Below, one piece after another: positions 1-11,199 of a stretch of 64,000 bases of DNA (positions within the stretch are counted from its first letter, which is position 1; every line of letters starts with the position of its first letter). Made by a program: the position numbers and the translations under genes. The notes beneath the pieces are model-generated. The model saw only the letters and a list, made by a program, of their open reading frames with translations. It was not told where the DNA came from and ran no database searches. Origin of the DNA: Octopus vulgaris (taxonomy: Eukaryota); contig OX597814.1 in NCBI GenBank assembly GCA_951406725.2, positions 71,052,001 to 71,116,000 on the forward strand. The letters are read 5' to 3'.

Positions 1-450
1 TTTAGCCCCTTGTGGGTAGTAAAGAAATAGGTATTTCGTCTGCCGCTACGTTCTGAGTTCAAATTCTGCCGAGGTCGACTTTGCCTTTCATCCTTTCGGG
101 GTCAATAAATTAAGTACCAGTTATGCACTGGGTCGATATAATCGACTTAATCCGTTTGTCTGTCCTTGTTTGTCTCCTCTGTGTTTAGCCCCTTGTGGGT
201 AGTAAAGAAATAGAAATAGGTATTTCATCTGCCGTTACGTTCTGAGTTCAAATTCCCCCGAGGTCGACTTTGCCTTTCATCCTTTCGGGGTCAATAAATT
301 AAGTACCAGTTACGCACTGGGATCGATGTAATCGACTTAATCCGTTTGTCTGTCCTTGTTTATCCCCTCTGTGTTTAGCTCCTTGTGGGTAGTAAAGAAA
401 TAGGTATATATCTGTCTTTACGTTTCCGATCTAATCGACTGCCCCAAAAT
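1..450 (+). mobile_element. Head-to-tail array of 5'-truncated tRNA-derived SINE units (family B, ~190-bp unit)
   Basis: Repeated unit ggtatttcgtctgcc..gagttcaaatt (B box)..gtcgactttgcctttcatcctttcggggtc..ttgtgggtagtaaagaaata; full-length version at 37624. Confidence 0.85.
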
Positions 451-1356
451 TTCTATGCTTTCCGTCATCACCACCTTACATTCTATGAAGCTGTATGCTA
501 CATTTCTTTGGACATTACGTGTTTCAAGGTTCGCATTTTGGAAACACTCTCCGGACAGTGGCTTAGAATAAAAAGATAACTAACAAATCGATTTGCAAAT
601 TACACTTGTTCTCTCCTTGCCCTCTTTTTTTTCATCTCTTTTCTTTTTCTTATTCTTTTTTGTGAAACTCAACCATTGTAGATTCATGCTGAGTTACAAA
701 AAGGAGCCCCTAATGAATTTTATTTCTATTACATGTGGTATTAGCATGTTGTGTTTCAGCTTTGTGTTTCAGTTTGAACCTGGTTTTTGAGGCTGAGTAT
801 TTTGGCGCTGAGGTAAAATATGTCAGAAAAATGTCCACGGCAATTACTTTGTCTCCTACCAAAGATCAGATTTTAATTGTCTTCTTGAAATTATTTCTAA
901 TTTTCTTTAAGAATCGCAAACAACTGCTGCAAGCTGCTCTTCTTCTTCTTCTTCTTCTTCTTCTTCTTCTTCTTCTTCTTCTTCTTCTTCTTCTTCTTCT
1001 TCTTCTTCTTCTTCTTCTTTATCTCCCCCCCTCTCTCTCTCTCTCAAAGAAGAAGAAGAAGAAAATCTCTATGTACTTCATTCGATACATCTATAAGAAT
1101 TATTTTAGCTATGTTTATATCATAATGCTGTATTTTGAGATATGATTTTTGGAGACGTCGAAATAATGTATCGCATTTATGTGTTTATAATAAAGTTCCA
1201 AATATTAACATTTAATCAACTTAAAAGAGACTTATAACTTCGGCTTTCTCAGCTTGCATAGTAAAGGAAGAAAATGTAAGGGACATGATTACTAGTTACT
1301 GTTGGGCAGTGCAAATTACATTCCCTGCCTCCTATTTAATGGATTACTATTACCTG

Positions 1357-1495
1357 CGTATTTTAAATTCTGCCGAAGTCAACTTTACCTTTCATCGTTT
1401 CAGCGTCGATAAAATTAATTCAAGCTGAGCACTGTGGGTCGATGTGATCGATTTACCCCCTCTTGTTGGCCTTGTGCTAAACTTTGAAACCATTA
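1357..1495 (+). mobile_element. Degenerate SINE family B fragment
   Basis: aaattctgccgaagtcaactttacctttcatcgtttcagcgtcgataaa matches the family B core. Confidence 0.7.
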
Positions 1496-1597
1496 TTATC
1501 TGCGTATGCCTATTAATAGACATAGACATTCTTATGGAGTACATTAAATAACATTATTTACATTCGACGGATATTTGTTCTTATCTTGTTTGTTGTT

Positions 1598-1643
1598 AAC
1601 ACAACGTTTCGGCTGATATACCCTCCAGCCTTCTTCAGGTGTC
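1598..1643 (-). ncRNA. Minimal type I hammerhead ribozyme motif
   Basis: Minus strand GACAC-CUGAAGA-A-GGCUG(gagggtatat)CAGCC-GAAA-CG-UU-GUGUU: stem I, core, stem II, palindromic ACGU stem III. Confidence 0.75.
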
Positions 1644-1740
1644 TTGGGGAAATTTCCAACCTGGGTTCTCATTCCTAAGGTATTTTTCGATGTTATTATT
1701 ATTATTATTATTGTTGTTGTTGTTGTTGCTGATGTTGTTG

Positions 1741-1813
1741 AGGTCACTGCTTGGAATCGAACTCAGAATCTTGGGATTAGTAGCCCGCGCTCTTAACCAC
1801 TCCGCCATATGCC
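1741..1813 (-). promoter_or_regulatory. tRNA-derived head with Pol III A and B boxes
   Basis: Minus strand ggcata-TGGCGGAGTGG-ttaagagcgcggg-ctactaa-tccc..gaGTTCGATTCc; anticodon-like loop CT-ACT-AA; acceptor stem poorly paired. Confidence 0.75.
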
Positions 1814-1859
1814 TGTGGGCATATGTTCGATTCCAAGCAGTGACCTGAACAACAACAAC

Positions 1860-1917
<58 letters not shown>

Positions 1918-1964
1918 TCGAAAAATACCTTAAGAATGAGAACCCAGGTTTGAAATTTCCCCAA

Positions 1965-2010
1965 GATACCTGAAGAAGGCAGGAGGGTATATCAGCCGAA
2001 ACGTTGTGTT
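1965..2010 (+). ncRNA. Minimal type I hammerhead ribozyme motif
   Basis: GAUAC-CUGAAGA-A-GGCAG..CAGCC-GAAA-CG-UU-GUGUU (one stem II mismatch). Confidence 0.7.
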
Positions 2011-2409
2011 AACAACAAACAAGATGAGGACAAATATCCGTCGAATGTAAATAATGTACATAATTCCCCATGTCTTAAATATAGAACTATATTAAATAAG
2101 TTCGTGTCGATCATTAATTTTAAAAGTGAAATTATGCAACCAATAAAATGATCGCAATTTTTTTAAAAGTTAGTCTACGAAATGGCACATATTCGAAGTT
2201 TCTCTGAAGGTTTCGGACAGTCAGAGGGAGAATAAGTGTATTAACAGGAATAAATTGGTTTTGGTCAGATTCGCGATTTTCTATATTCACATTTGGCCTC
2301 CTTACTACTTCAGTTTGGAGTGGTCGTAATTCGTGTTTAATCATGTTCATCGTATCCGCAAAAATCTAATCTTCCCAGCTATTTACAAACTTGAGTTGCA
2401 CACGGTTGG

Positions 2410-2526
2410 AATTAATCTCCAAAAGTTCTACGGGTTTCACTTTTACCGAACCGCAAAGTTACGGGAACGTAATCAAGCTATCACTGATTGTCAACCAATG
2501 TAGGCGGACAAACACTAATACAAAAA

Positions 2527-2584
<58 letters not shown>

Positions 2585-2787
2585 AACATACATACATACG
2601 TGTGTGTGTGTATGTGTGTGTGTACGACGGACTCTTTTCCATTTCTGTCTACCAAATCCATTCACGAGGCTTTGGTTGACCTGTGGCTATAGGAGAAGGC
2701 AGATGTCCAAAGTGCCGAGCCGTAAGACTGAACCCAAAACCATGTCGTTGGAAAGAAAACTTCTTACCACACAGCCACACCTGCGCC
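2410..2787 (-). mobile_element. tRNA-derived SINE family A (CORE-like) with internal microsatellite
   Basis: Reverse complement of the ggcgcagg..tggctgtgtggtaag..ggatttggtagac consensus seen at 40048 and 47690. Confidence 0.8.
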
Positions 2788-3512
2788 TAAAAGTAATTGG
2801 CAGCGGTAGGATCCGAGCCCGTGCGTCTGAATAGATTGGTGCCTTAAAGCAATACTCATACGCACGTATGTACGCACAAAATCATTCTTACATATAAATA
2901 TTTGTGTGTACACAACCGCACACATATATTATGCATATACTCACTCATACACTTATACACACACACACATTCACTATATGTAAACAGAAATGCATTCACT
3001 CACAACAATACGTATGTCTGCACAGTTTGTATAGTTTGTAAGCGTGTAGGTAGTATTAGAGTGTGAGCATGTTTATTTCTGTGCATGTATATGTACTTGT
3101 GTGTGTCTGCGCGCGCGTGTGCTGCTTTACGAAAAGGAAAAAATACAGTTGAATTGGAAAAGTAAGCCAGAAAGGAAGAGAAGGGAAGGAGAGAAACCTG
3201 AGATGAATTCGGCAAGTTAAATAAAGTTGTCATATTGACAGCTTTGGAAAAAAAGGAAGGCTGGTCGACCGTTTTTGCAGAGTGCCTAGCTTGAGTCAAT
3301 GGTAAAACCATCGAAGTTGCTGTGTCAATTCACAGGGAAGGGAAGAAAGCAAGAAGGACAGAAAACAAAATAAAGAGCGTTAAAACAAACAAATTAGTTA
3401 CCGACATATTTGTTATATCATTTGTGTGTGCGTGTGAGGAGGAGTTGGGTGTGGAGGGTTGTGTGTGTGTGTGTGGGGGGGGATAAGCATACATAGATAT
3501 GCACACACACAG

Positions 3513-3551
<39 letters not shown>

Positions 3552-3989
3552 GAAAGAGAGATAGATACACAGATAGGTAAATAGATACATATGTGTGTGA
3601 GACTATGTATGAGTGAGTGTGCTTTTATATATAATGTGACTGTAAAAATGTAGCGTAAAAGTAATATATGTATGTGTGTGTGTGTGTTTGTGAGCGCGCG
3701 TGGGTGCTTGCAATAAATAGGATTCGGAATCTGTAGTGGAGAAACAAGATCAGGGTTGAAACAAAAGAGCGGCAGTTGTAGATGAAGTAAATGATAGATC
3801 ATTAGAAAAGATGATAGGAGTGGGGAGTGCAGTGAAAGGAACAAGGAATAAGTAGAGGCTTCACTCCTAGCGGGTGGCAACGAAGATAAGTCATATCACA
3901 GTAAGGAGAGTTGGCTGTATGGTAAGTACATCAGAGCACTAGGTGGTTAGGTTGGTAATTATAATACTGAGTGCTAGCAGACGTGAAGT

Positions 3990-4045
<56 letters not shown>

Positions 4046-4139
4046 TGGTAAACGCTATTGTCATACTACACTTTCCAGCTTTAAAGTAATAAATGTGTTT
4101 TTTAAACATCAGTTGAAAGGATAAAACTCAGATATCTAC

Positions 4140-4495
4140 GTGGCTGTGTGGTAAGTAGCTTGTTTACCAACCACATGATTCCGGGTTCAGTCCTACTGCG
4201 TGGCACCTTGGGTACTTACCCAAGGTCTTCACCTTGGGTCTTCTACTATAGCCTCGGGCCGACCAAAGCCTTGTGAGTGGATTTGGTAGACCGAAACTGA
4301 AAGAAGCCCGTTGTATATATATATGCGTGTGTGTGTGTGTTTGTGTGTCTGTGTTTGTCCCCTAGCATTGCTTGACAACCGATGCTGGTGTGTTTATGTC
4401 CCCGTTACTTAGCGGTTCGGCAATAGAGACCGATAGAATAAGTACTGGGCTTACAAAAGAATAAGTCCGGGGTCGAAGTAAAAGAGAAAAGAGAA
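4140..4495 (+). mobile_element. SINE family A
   Basis: tggctgtgtggtaagtagcttg..ccgggttcagtcc..gtagaccgaaactgaaagaagccc..ataagtactgggc. Confidence 0.85.
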
Positions 4496-4569
4496 TACAA
4501 GTACTAATGCAGACACGAACACATGCACACACCAAAGACATCACAGACGAAAGTCTAATGAATGAGAAG

Positions 4570-4885
4570 TAATGTATGTATGTGTGTATGTATGTATGTA
4601 TGTATGTATGTATGTATGTATGTATGTATGTATGTGTGTGTGTGTGCATGCATGCATGTATGCATACATGCATGTATGTATGTGTGTATGTATGTGTGTA
4701 TGTGTGTGTGTATGTATGTGTGTAAGTATGTATGCATGCATGCATGCATGTATGTATGTATGCATGCATGCATGTATGTATGTATGTATGTGTGTGTGTA
4801 TGTGTGTGAGTGTGTGTGTGTGTGTGTATGTATGTATGCATGTATGTATGTATGTATGTATGTATGTATGTATGTATGTATGTAT
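4570..4885. repeat. (TATG)n/(TG)n compound microsatellite
   Basis: Direct inspection; source of the HTYI/MYVC pseudo-ORFs. Confidence 0.95.
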
Positions 4886-5358
4886 AAGCTTCATTTATTA
4901 GCACAACTGCATTGAAACAATTTCATGTCAAAAGTAAAAAATCTGAAAGCATTCCAGCCTCATTGTTTTGAAGGTATGATGTTGAGGAGAAAAAAATCGG
5001 GGAAAAAGTTACAGAGGTTTAAAAATCGAAAAAACTGGATATATTTGGCCAATAGCGAGACAGAAATTTTCTGCGTTTAGCGGAGCAGTGTCAATTTTAA
5101 GGTTGTACTCTATGAAATGTAGCGTCTGACCTGTTCATTGTAGGTTTGTAAATAAACAGAAATACTTAGTTTCAATGTAGGTTTGTAAATAAATAGAAAT
5201 ACCTAATAAAATCAACATGTATCATCTGGATCTAGTCTTTCTCATTCATTGATTGTATTTTTTATTTTTTTAAATTTGTAATATTAATATATTTGCCTGC
5301 ATGTGTTTACTTTATGCGTATTTCAGTATTATGTATACCTGCCACGTATTTATGTACA

Positions 5359-7275
5359 TCTCTATATATAAAACTGAAATGCGTTTTTACCGCTTGGATC
5401 GCTTTCAAGGCCACTACATCCCGTCCGATTGACTCCAAAATTTACAGGGACATCATATCTTAAAAGGTGTCGTTGCTAGGGTCAAAAACCCACTTTGACA
5501 AGTCCACTCCGGTTCTTTAATGTATCTGTCTTCCTCAACTCACTCTCGCTATTTCCTCTCTTCCCAGCACTTTTTCACTCACTCTATTTCATACATTCCC
5601 ATTACTTTCACTTCCTCAAACGGCCTTCTTTTATGTATCTGTCTGCATTCATAGAGAGAATTATCATCGCCACCGCCATCGCGTTCTATTGTCCGCCTGT
5701 CAACGCGCCGACGGAGCAAATACAAACAGAATACACCAACCAGCGTTCGTGTTCTGGTGATAACGTAGGTTTTTCGTATCTATTACATTTTAACATTTAT
5801 TTAGAACCCTGCAAATTTTTCGTGCTAAATTTTCATTTTTTACTACTTTATTATTTTTTCTTAAATTGATGCTTTTATTAAAATTAATTCTAATTGTCTG
5901 GGTCAACAGTTAATTTCCTCGGAGGATATGGAAATTCCTATTACCCGTCAGAGAAATAACTCCAGCAGCTCACAGCTATTTCATCAAAGACAAGGTTACC
6001 TGCTTACCCATCGAATTCAGCGTCAACGCTCACGTATGAGAGACTCCAACACACACACACACACACATATATATACATATATATATATATATAATGTGTG
6101 CATTATGTGGTCGGTTGAGCTGAAAATATGCAGACCTATATTAAAAGTGCTCGCAAATTTGCATGACAACTATTTTTTCCCTCAAATGAAAGGCGTGACC
6201 TCTAGGACAAAATTCCTCATCTTATAAAATGTGGCCCCAGTAGACCCAAATGAAATCGGGTTATATTAACCAAAATGTGAAAAGGGCCTAAATGGGGCTG
6301 GAAGGGGATTAAAATTTAAAGGAGCGGGTGTTTAGGAATTCTCTGTTACATCAAGCTAAAAAATTTGGCGCCAGCCTTTTAATCGTCAATGTGTTGCCGT
6401 CCATGATGAAGAAGTTTTGAATGCTTGCCATGGTGAGTCTACTGTCGTGAGAAAGAATCACTTCAAAACTTGGTGTTTAGGGATTTTCTTTTACATCAAG
6501 TTCAAAATTTTACGCCAGCCGTTAAACTGTCAAAACGTTGCTGTCCGTCGTTAAGAAATGCCAGCCATGGTGACTCTACTATCCTCAGATTCTATCCCTT
6601 CAAACTTTGGTTTCCAATATTTTATTATTTTTATTCAGCTCGCAAGTTCGTCTGTCCCTTTTAAATGTTAGTGTTTTGCTGTCTGCCTTGAAGCACACCT
6701 TTCCGTTGTTACTGCCTGATATTTATGATTGATCTTTCTAAATATTTTATTTCTCACTTACTCAAGATCTTTTGTTGTTTATAAATGGGAGAGAGATAGA
6801 TAAAGATAGAGAGTACGAGAAAGCGAGGGAGAGTCCGAGAGAAAGGAAGAGTAAGAGAGTGGGGAAAGTGAGAGAGAAAGGACACAGAAACAAAGAGGGA
6901 GAATCATCATCATCGTTTAACGTCCGTTTTCCGTGCTAGCACGGGTTGGACAGTTTGACCGCGGTCTGGGAAGCCAGGAGGCTGCACCAGGCTCCAGTCT
7001 GATCTGGCAGTGTTTCTACAGGTGAATGCCCTTCCCAACGCCAACCACTCTGTGAGCGTAGTGGGTGCTTTTTTCATGCCGCCGGCACAGGTGCCGGGGG
7101 GGCTGGCAGCGGCCACGATCAGTTGGTGCTTTTTACGTGCCACCGGCACAGAAGCCAGTCAAAGTGGCGCTGCAATCGGCCACGTTTGGATGGTGCTTTT
7201 TACGTGCTGAAAGGAAGCAACAGAAAGTAACAACCACACTCTGACCCGCGCATAGAGCGGGTCACCTTCAGCTAG
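5359..7275 (+). mobile_element. Non-autonomous Helitron-like element with nested repeats
   Basis: 5' a|TCtctatatataaaa; 3' hairpin tgacccgc-gcataga-gcgggtca then CTAG|t; pairing of these two ends is inferred. Confidence 0.55.
6905..7207 (-). mobile_element. SINE-like GC-rich repeat ending in (GAT)n
   Basis: Minus strand ggttggcgttgggaagggcattcacctgtagaaac..gacgttaaacgatgatgat; RTE-type tail (inference). Confidence 0.6.
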
Positions 7276-7288
7276 TCATTAATATATA

Positions 7289-7327
<39 letters not shown>

Positions 7328-7759
7328 GTGCGCGCGTGTGTGTGTCTGTCTCCAAAACTCCAGAGTTGAGTAACGTTTGGATTTATAAACTACGATAAGA
7401 ATAAATACACAGAGAAGCACAGAAAAATATGCAACATACTAACACAGAAAAATTAAAACAAAACACGCGGGTGAAAAGAATCTCGTGGTGTGAAGAATCA
7501 ATTGTAAAAAATCAACATCAAACAACGTGCGTCACTGACAACAGTAAGACAACAGTGAAGTGAACCACAACACAGTGTCCTATTGTCATGGTAATACCAC
7601 GCTGTCTGCTGATTGGCTAAAATTACCCAAATTTCCCTGCTTTAATTCCAAATAACATCAGATTCTTTAACTTACGAGATAAAGTAATTCTTTGATCGTA
7701 ATCAAAATTCAGAGTTGTATCGATACACCAAAAATGAAAGCAATCTGAGCAAAAATAAG

Positions 7760-8565
7760 TGGGACTGATTTTGCGAATGAGAAAGACTAGATCCAAATTA
7801 AGTTTTTATATGTGCCTTGGGAAGGAATTTTTTCAGCGCTTCTTTACACATGATTTCTTCCGTAACCTGAAGCTTCTAGAGGCACTAGACCCAGTTAGTA
7901 TTCGTGATTGCAATGGTCCAAGTTCAATTGTTCTCCTGAAATGCAAATTTCCAAATATTGTTAAGGAGAGTCAGATTGAAGCTCTTAATAAAGAATGGAG
8001 AGAACTTAAACTTCAAGATAACAATGACATAACCGAAGCTACCAAACCAGATTATTGGTATAAAATTTCTAAGGAAAAATATGGAGATGAAGCTCGTTAT
8101 CTGGTCCTATCATGTTTTATGTTTCAACTCCTATCATTACCACATTCTTCAGCTGCAACCGAGAGTCAGTCCTAAATAACATTAATGTCAAGAATAGGTC
8201 TAAACTGCATACTCAAACAATCAATGCACTGCTACATTCAAAAGTCTTCTTCATGATGTAAACTGCACAACTTATACACCTAATGCAGAGCTTTGTGCTA
8301 AATTAAAAGAAGGATAAGGATATTGGTACAAAGAGGAACCTCACCCTGTTGTCAAGGCAATCTTCTAATTATAAAGTAAGTACATTAAATATGTGTAGGT
8401 CACTTTAAAATAATGTCCTGTATATTATAAATAATATATATTATGCATTTCAGTTGATTTTTAGGCAAAATATTACAAATTAAAATTTTGGTACTTTTGA
8501 GGGAAAATTGGTATTTTTATTTTGCTAAATCTGGTACTTTCATCAAAATACGTTTGGCAAGCCTG
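7760..8565 (+). mobile_element. hAT transposon 3' relic (C-terminal dimerisation domain + terminal repeat)
   Basis: ORF 7759-8175 ends YW..VLSCFMFQLLSLPHSSAATE; downstream KNRSKLHTQTINALL; end gtttggcaagcctg reads CAGGCTTGCCAAAC on the minus strand. Confidence 0.7.
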
Positions 8566-8569
8566 ATTA

Positions 8570-10760
8570 CAACTACATACTTAATCCTGGACAAGAGACG
8601 GGCAATCTATCGCAGATCACGGCACAATCGAAAGAAATTCGAGCGACCCTTTGAATTGAACGGAGATATATAACAGTTTTATGACAAGGCGAGGGATAAG
8701 TTGCATGAAAAGGATAAAGAAGAATAAATGGGATCTAAAAGACTCCAACTACTCGAACTTCTGCCAAATAACTGCGACAACAGACAACTTTCGCTGAGAA
8801 AAAATTTACTGCTCTCCCTACAGGCCATCAGAATCATACACCAAATATGTGGACCGGATCGGTGAATTCTTTTGAGATCATAAACAACTCGGACCACAAT
8901 CATTGCGATAAACGGAAAACTGAGACAAATGTACTGCCATTACGCGCGGATGCAGGTTTTATAATAATGAGTGAAAAATACAAACTGAATGCACACTTAA
9001 CAACCAAACGTCATCATCTACATTAACAAACGAATCGACCTGATGTTATCTGTGGTGACTAAGTAGCTAAAAACAGAGTTAACAAAGATTAGAAATCTAA
9101 ACTATTCATTAATAAGATAGGAGTAACAGAGATCAATTGCAACGAGAAGAAACAACCAAAATGGATTATCTCTCTCCGGACATATATCGACAGACTCAGG
9201 AAAAATACGGGACACCTAAGCACATTCTTTAAATGCAAAGAGAATAATAAACTCGCGTACCATCAGCAGCAAATTTATGAATGGATTATGTAAAGTCTAT
9301 TGGAACTGTCGAAAAGAGTCGTTAACAAGCATTAATTGTCCTTAAACACAAATTGCGAGCGGTAATTGAACAATTTTATTATAAAAAAACACCTACTAGA
9401 ACGAAAATCCACCAGTTGAAAGTTTGCAATAAACCCACAAGCAGTGTATTGAAGTATGAAAGGCCATATCATTAAATTTGTGAAAGCCTCTCCGCTGGAT
9501 GATCTAGAGTTACTTTGGGGAGGGATCTGGAATGTAAATGAACTGCAGAACCGAGATGCAGAACTGTTAAGGTACAGAATGAGTATTGTCCAAACACCCG
9601 CAAAACTTATAACAACAGTGAATCTTTCCTAACGGTGATTGCAAAATTGTCGAACGAGCAAGCAAATGAGAGCAGCCTGATGGTCGGGTATTGATACAGA
9701 AAATTCACATTCTACCGGTCAGGTTTCGTTAATCTGTTCAAAACTGTAATGAGTTCTGAATTGACGTGACGGACTTTACAATTATATCGTACTCTGCTTT
9801 CACAGTGTCAGTGCTAGTACCAGCATTTAGAATATTTGACAAGACATCCTCAATTGGTTACATTCACATCTACAGGAATACTGTACTTTCACATCTATAG
9901 GATCTTTGTTTAAATGAAGGGGTGGAGGTAGAGGAATAAGATCAGAGGGATTTGGGGTGTTGCACTGTGTCACTTAGACAACACCTACTGAAGAATATAG
10001 AATGAAAGGAATACAACACATGTATATTCAACAAGGAAGGTAATAGCACCACAAGATTTGGCAAAGAACCTGAACGAGTTCTCTAATGGTAGAGCTTTTG
10101 CATGTAAACAAAGTGTGACTGGACTGACCTATTTAAATTGGGAAATGGAAAATAAATATTCATCATACTAGCAGAAAGTTATGCACGGATATATGTATCG
10201 TAGGCTGGAGACTTTCAGTAACTTTGTCAGGAATAGTAGCCTCTACTGGACCGACGATAAACACATCGCACCTCATCTAGAAGGCTCTGGCTTTGCTATC
10301 AAAGAACAGGAGATAGGTACTAAATACCTGATCAGCAAAAGAGAAACGAATACCTCTCTACCTCCACGATATGACAGAAAGTGTTGATTATGCCTTAACA
10401 GTGTGGAGGATATCACTCATAACAACTGCCCCAAATAATAGCTGCCCCAAAGCGTCTCCTCATGAGACATAATATTGTCACCAAGAATATTTACAGTGTT
10501 ATGCACAAGAATATTTGCTCTGGTGACCATAAAACACTCTAAAACCATAGAGCATCTATACCTTTAAAAATAAAATAGAAAATATTGGAATCGTTGTAGA
10601 GATCAGCTGTTCAGTGTATGCGGATGTCTCTTCAAAGATTCAGAAAAAGGAAAACACCTCTGGAGAACTGGTGAGAACCATACATTTCTTACATCCTACA
10701 TTTTTTCCATTCGTGCACTGTATTACATAAATAATTTGCATAGAAACCTAGAAATGCTTG
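8570..10760 (+). mobile_element. Decayed Dong/R4-like non-LTR retrotransposon (REL endonuclease type)
   Basis: MHGYMY..EGSGFAIKEQEIGTKYL..KC*LC..VEDITH (CCHC knuckle) and IVVEISC..KIQKKE (REL); many stops. Confidence 0.65.
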
Positions 10761-10770
10761 CACACTACAC

Positions 10771-10816
<46 letters not shown>

Positions 10817-11199
10817 GCATACATCAACCAATACTGGTAACAAATCCCGGGAATTGTTTCGATTTAAAGAAAAAGACCTCGCCACTTTGCTTGTAAAAAA
10901 TATGAATATTACGAAGGAAAAAAAAACTTAAAATAAATCCCGAAGAAACATACATACATACATACATACATACATACATACATACATACATACATACATA
11001 CATACATACATACATACATACATCATGGTGCCTGTGACTATGTTCCGTAATTTAATGGGGTGTCCGCTTCAGGACATGAGATTGTTTTTTAGTGGTTCAC
11101 AAAAAGGATGTTGGTAGGTATCGGAAGTCTTTTTAGTTAGCGGTGTGTTAGTTATTTTTTGGTTTTATTGGATTTAATCCTTCGCTTTGACGATGTAAA

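Larger units (their letters stand above)
1551..2090. mobile_element. Palindromic (head-to-head) non-autonomous element: tRNA-like head + (AAT)n + hammerhead tail
   Basis: 1551-1762 is the reverse complement of 1825-2057; centre catatgcc-tgtg-ggcatatg; the tail recurs at 37285-37460. Confidence 0.85.

Noticed and set aside
1-450. CRISPR-like array
   Set aside because: Whole ~190-bp units repeat with no unique spacers; eukaryotic SINE context and no cas genes.
1741-1813. Functional tRNA-Ser(ACT) gene
   Set aside because: Acceptor and T stems pair poorly, there is no long variable arm or poly-T terminator, and it is embedded in a repeat; treated as a SINE-like head.
4362-4915. Long HTYI/MYVC/YIYI ORFs here and at 20433-20837, 42895-43251 and 49672-52229
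   Set aside because: Stop-free translations of microsatellites, not genes.
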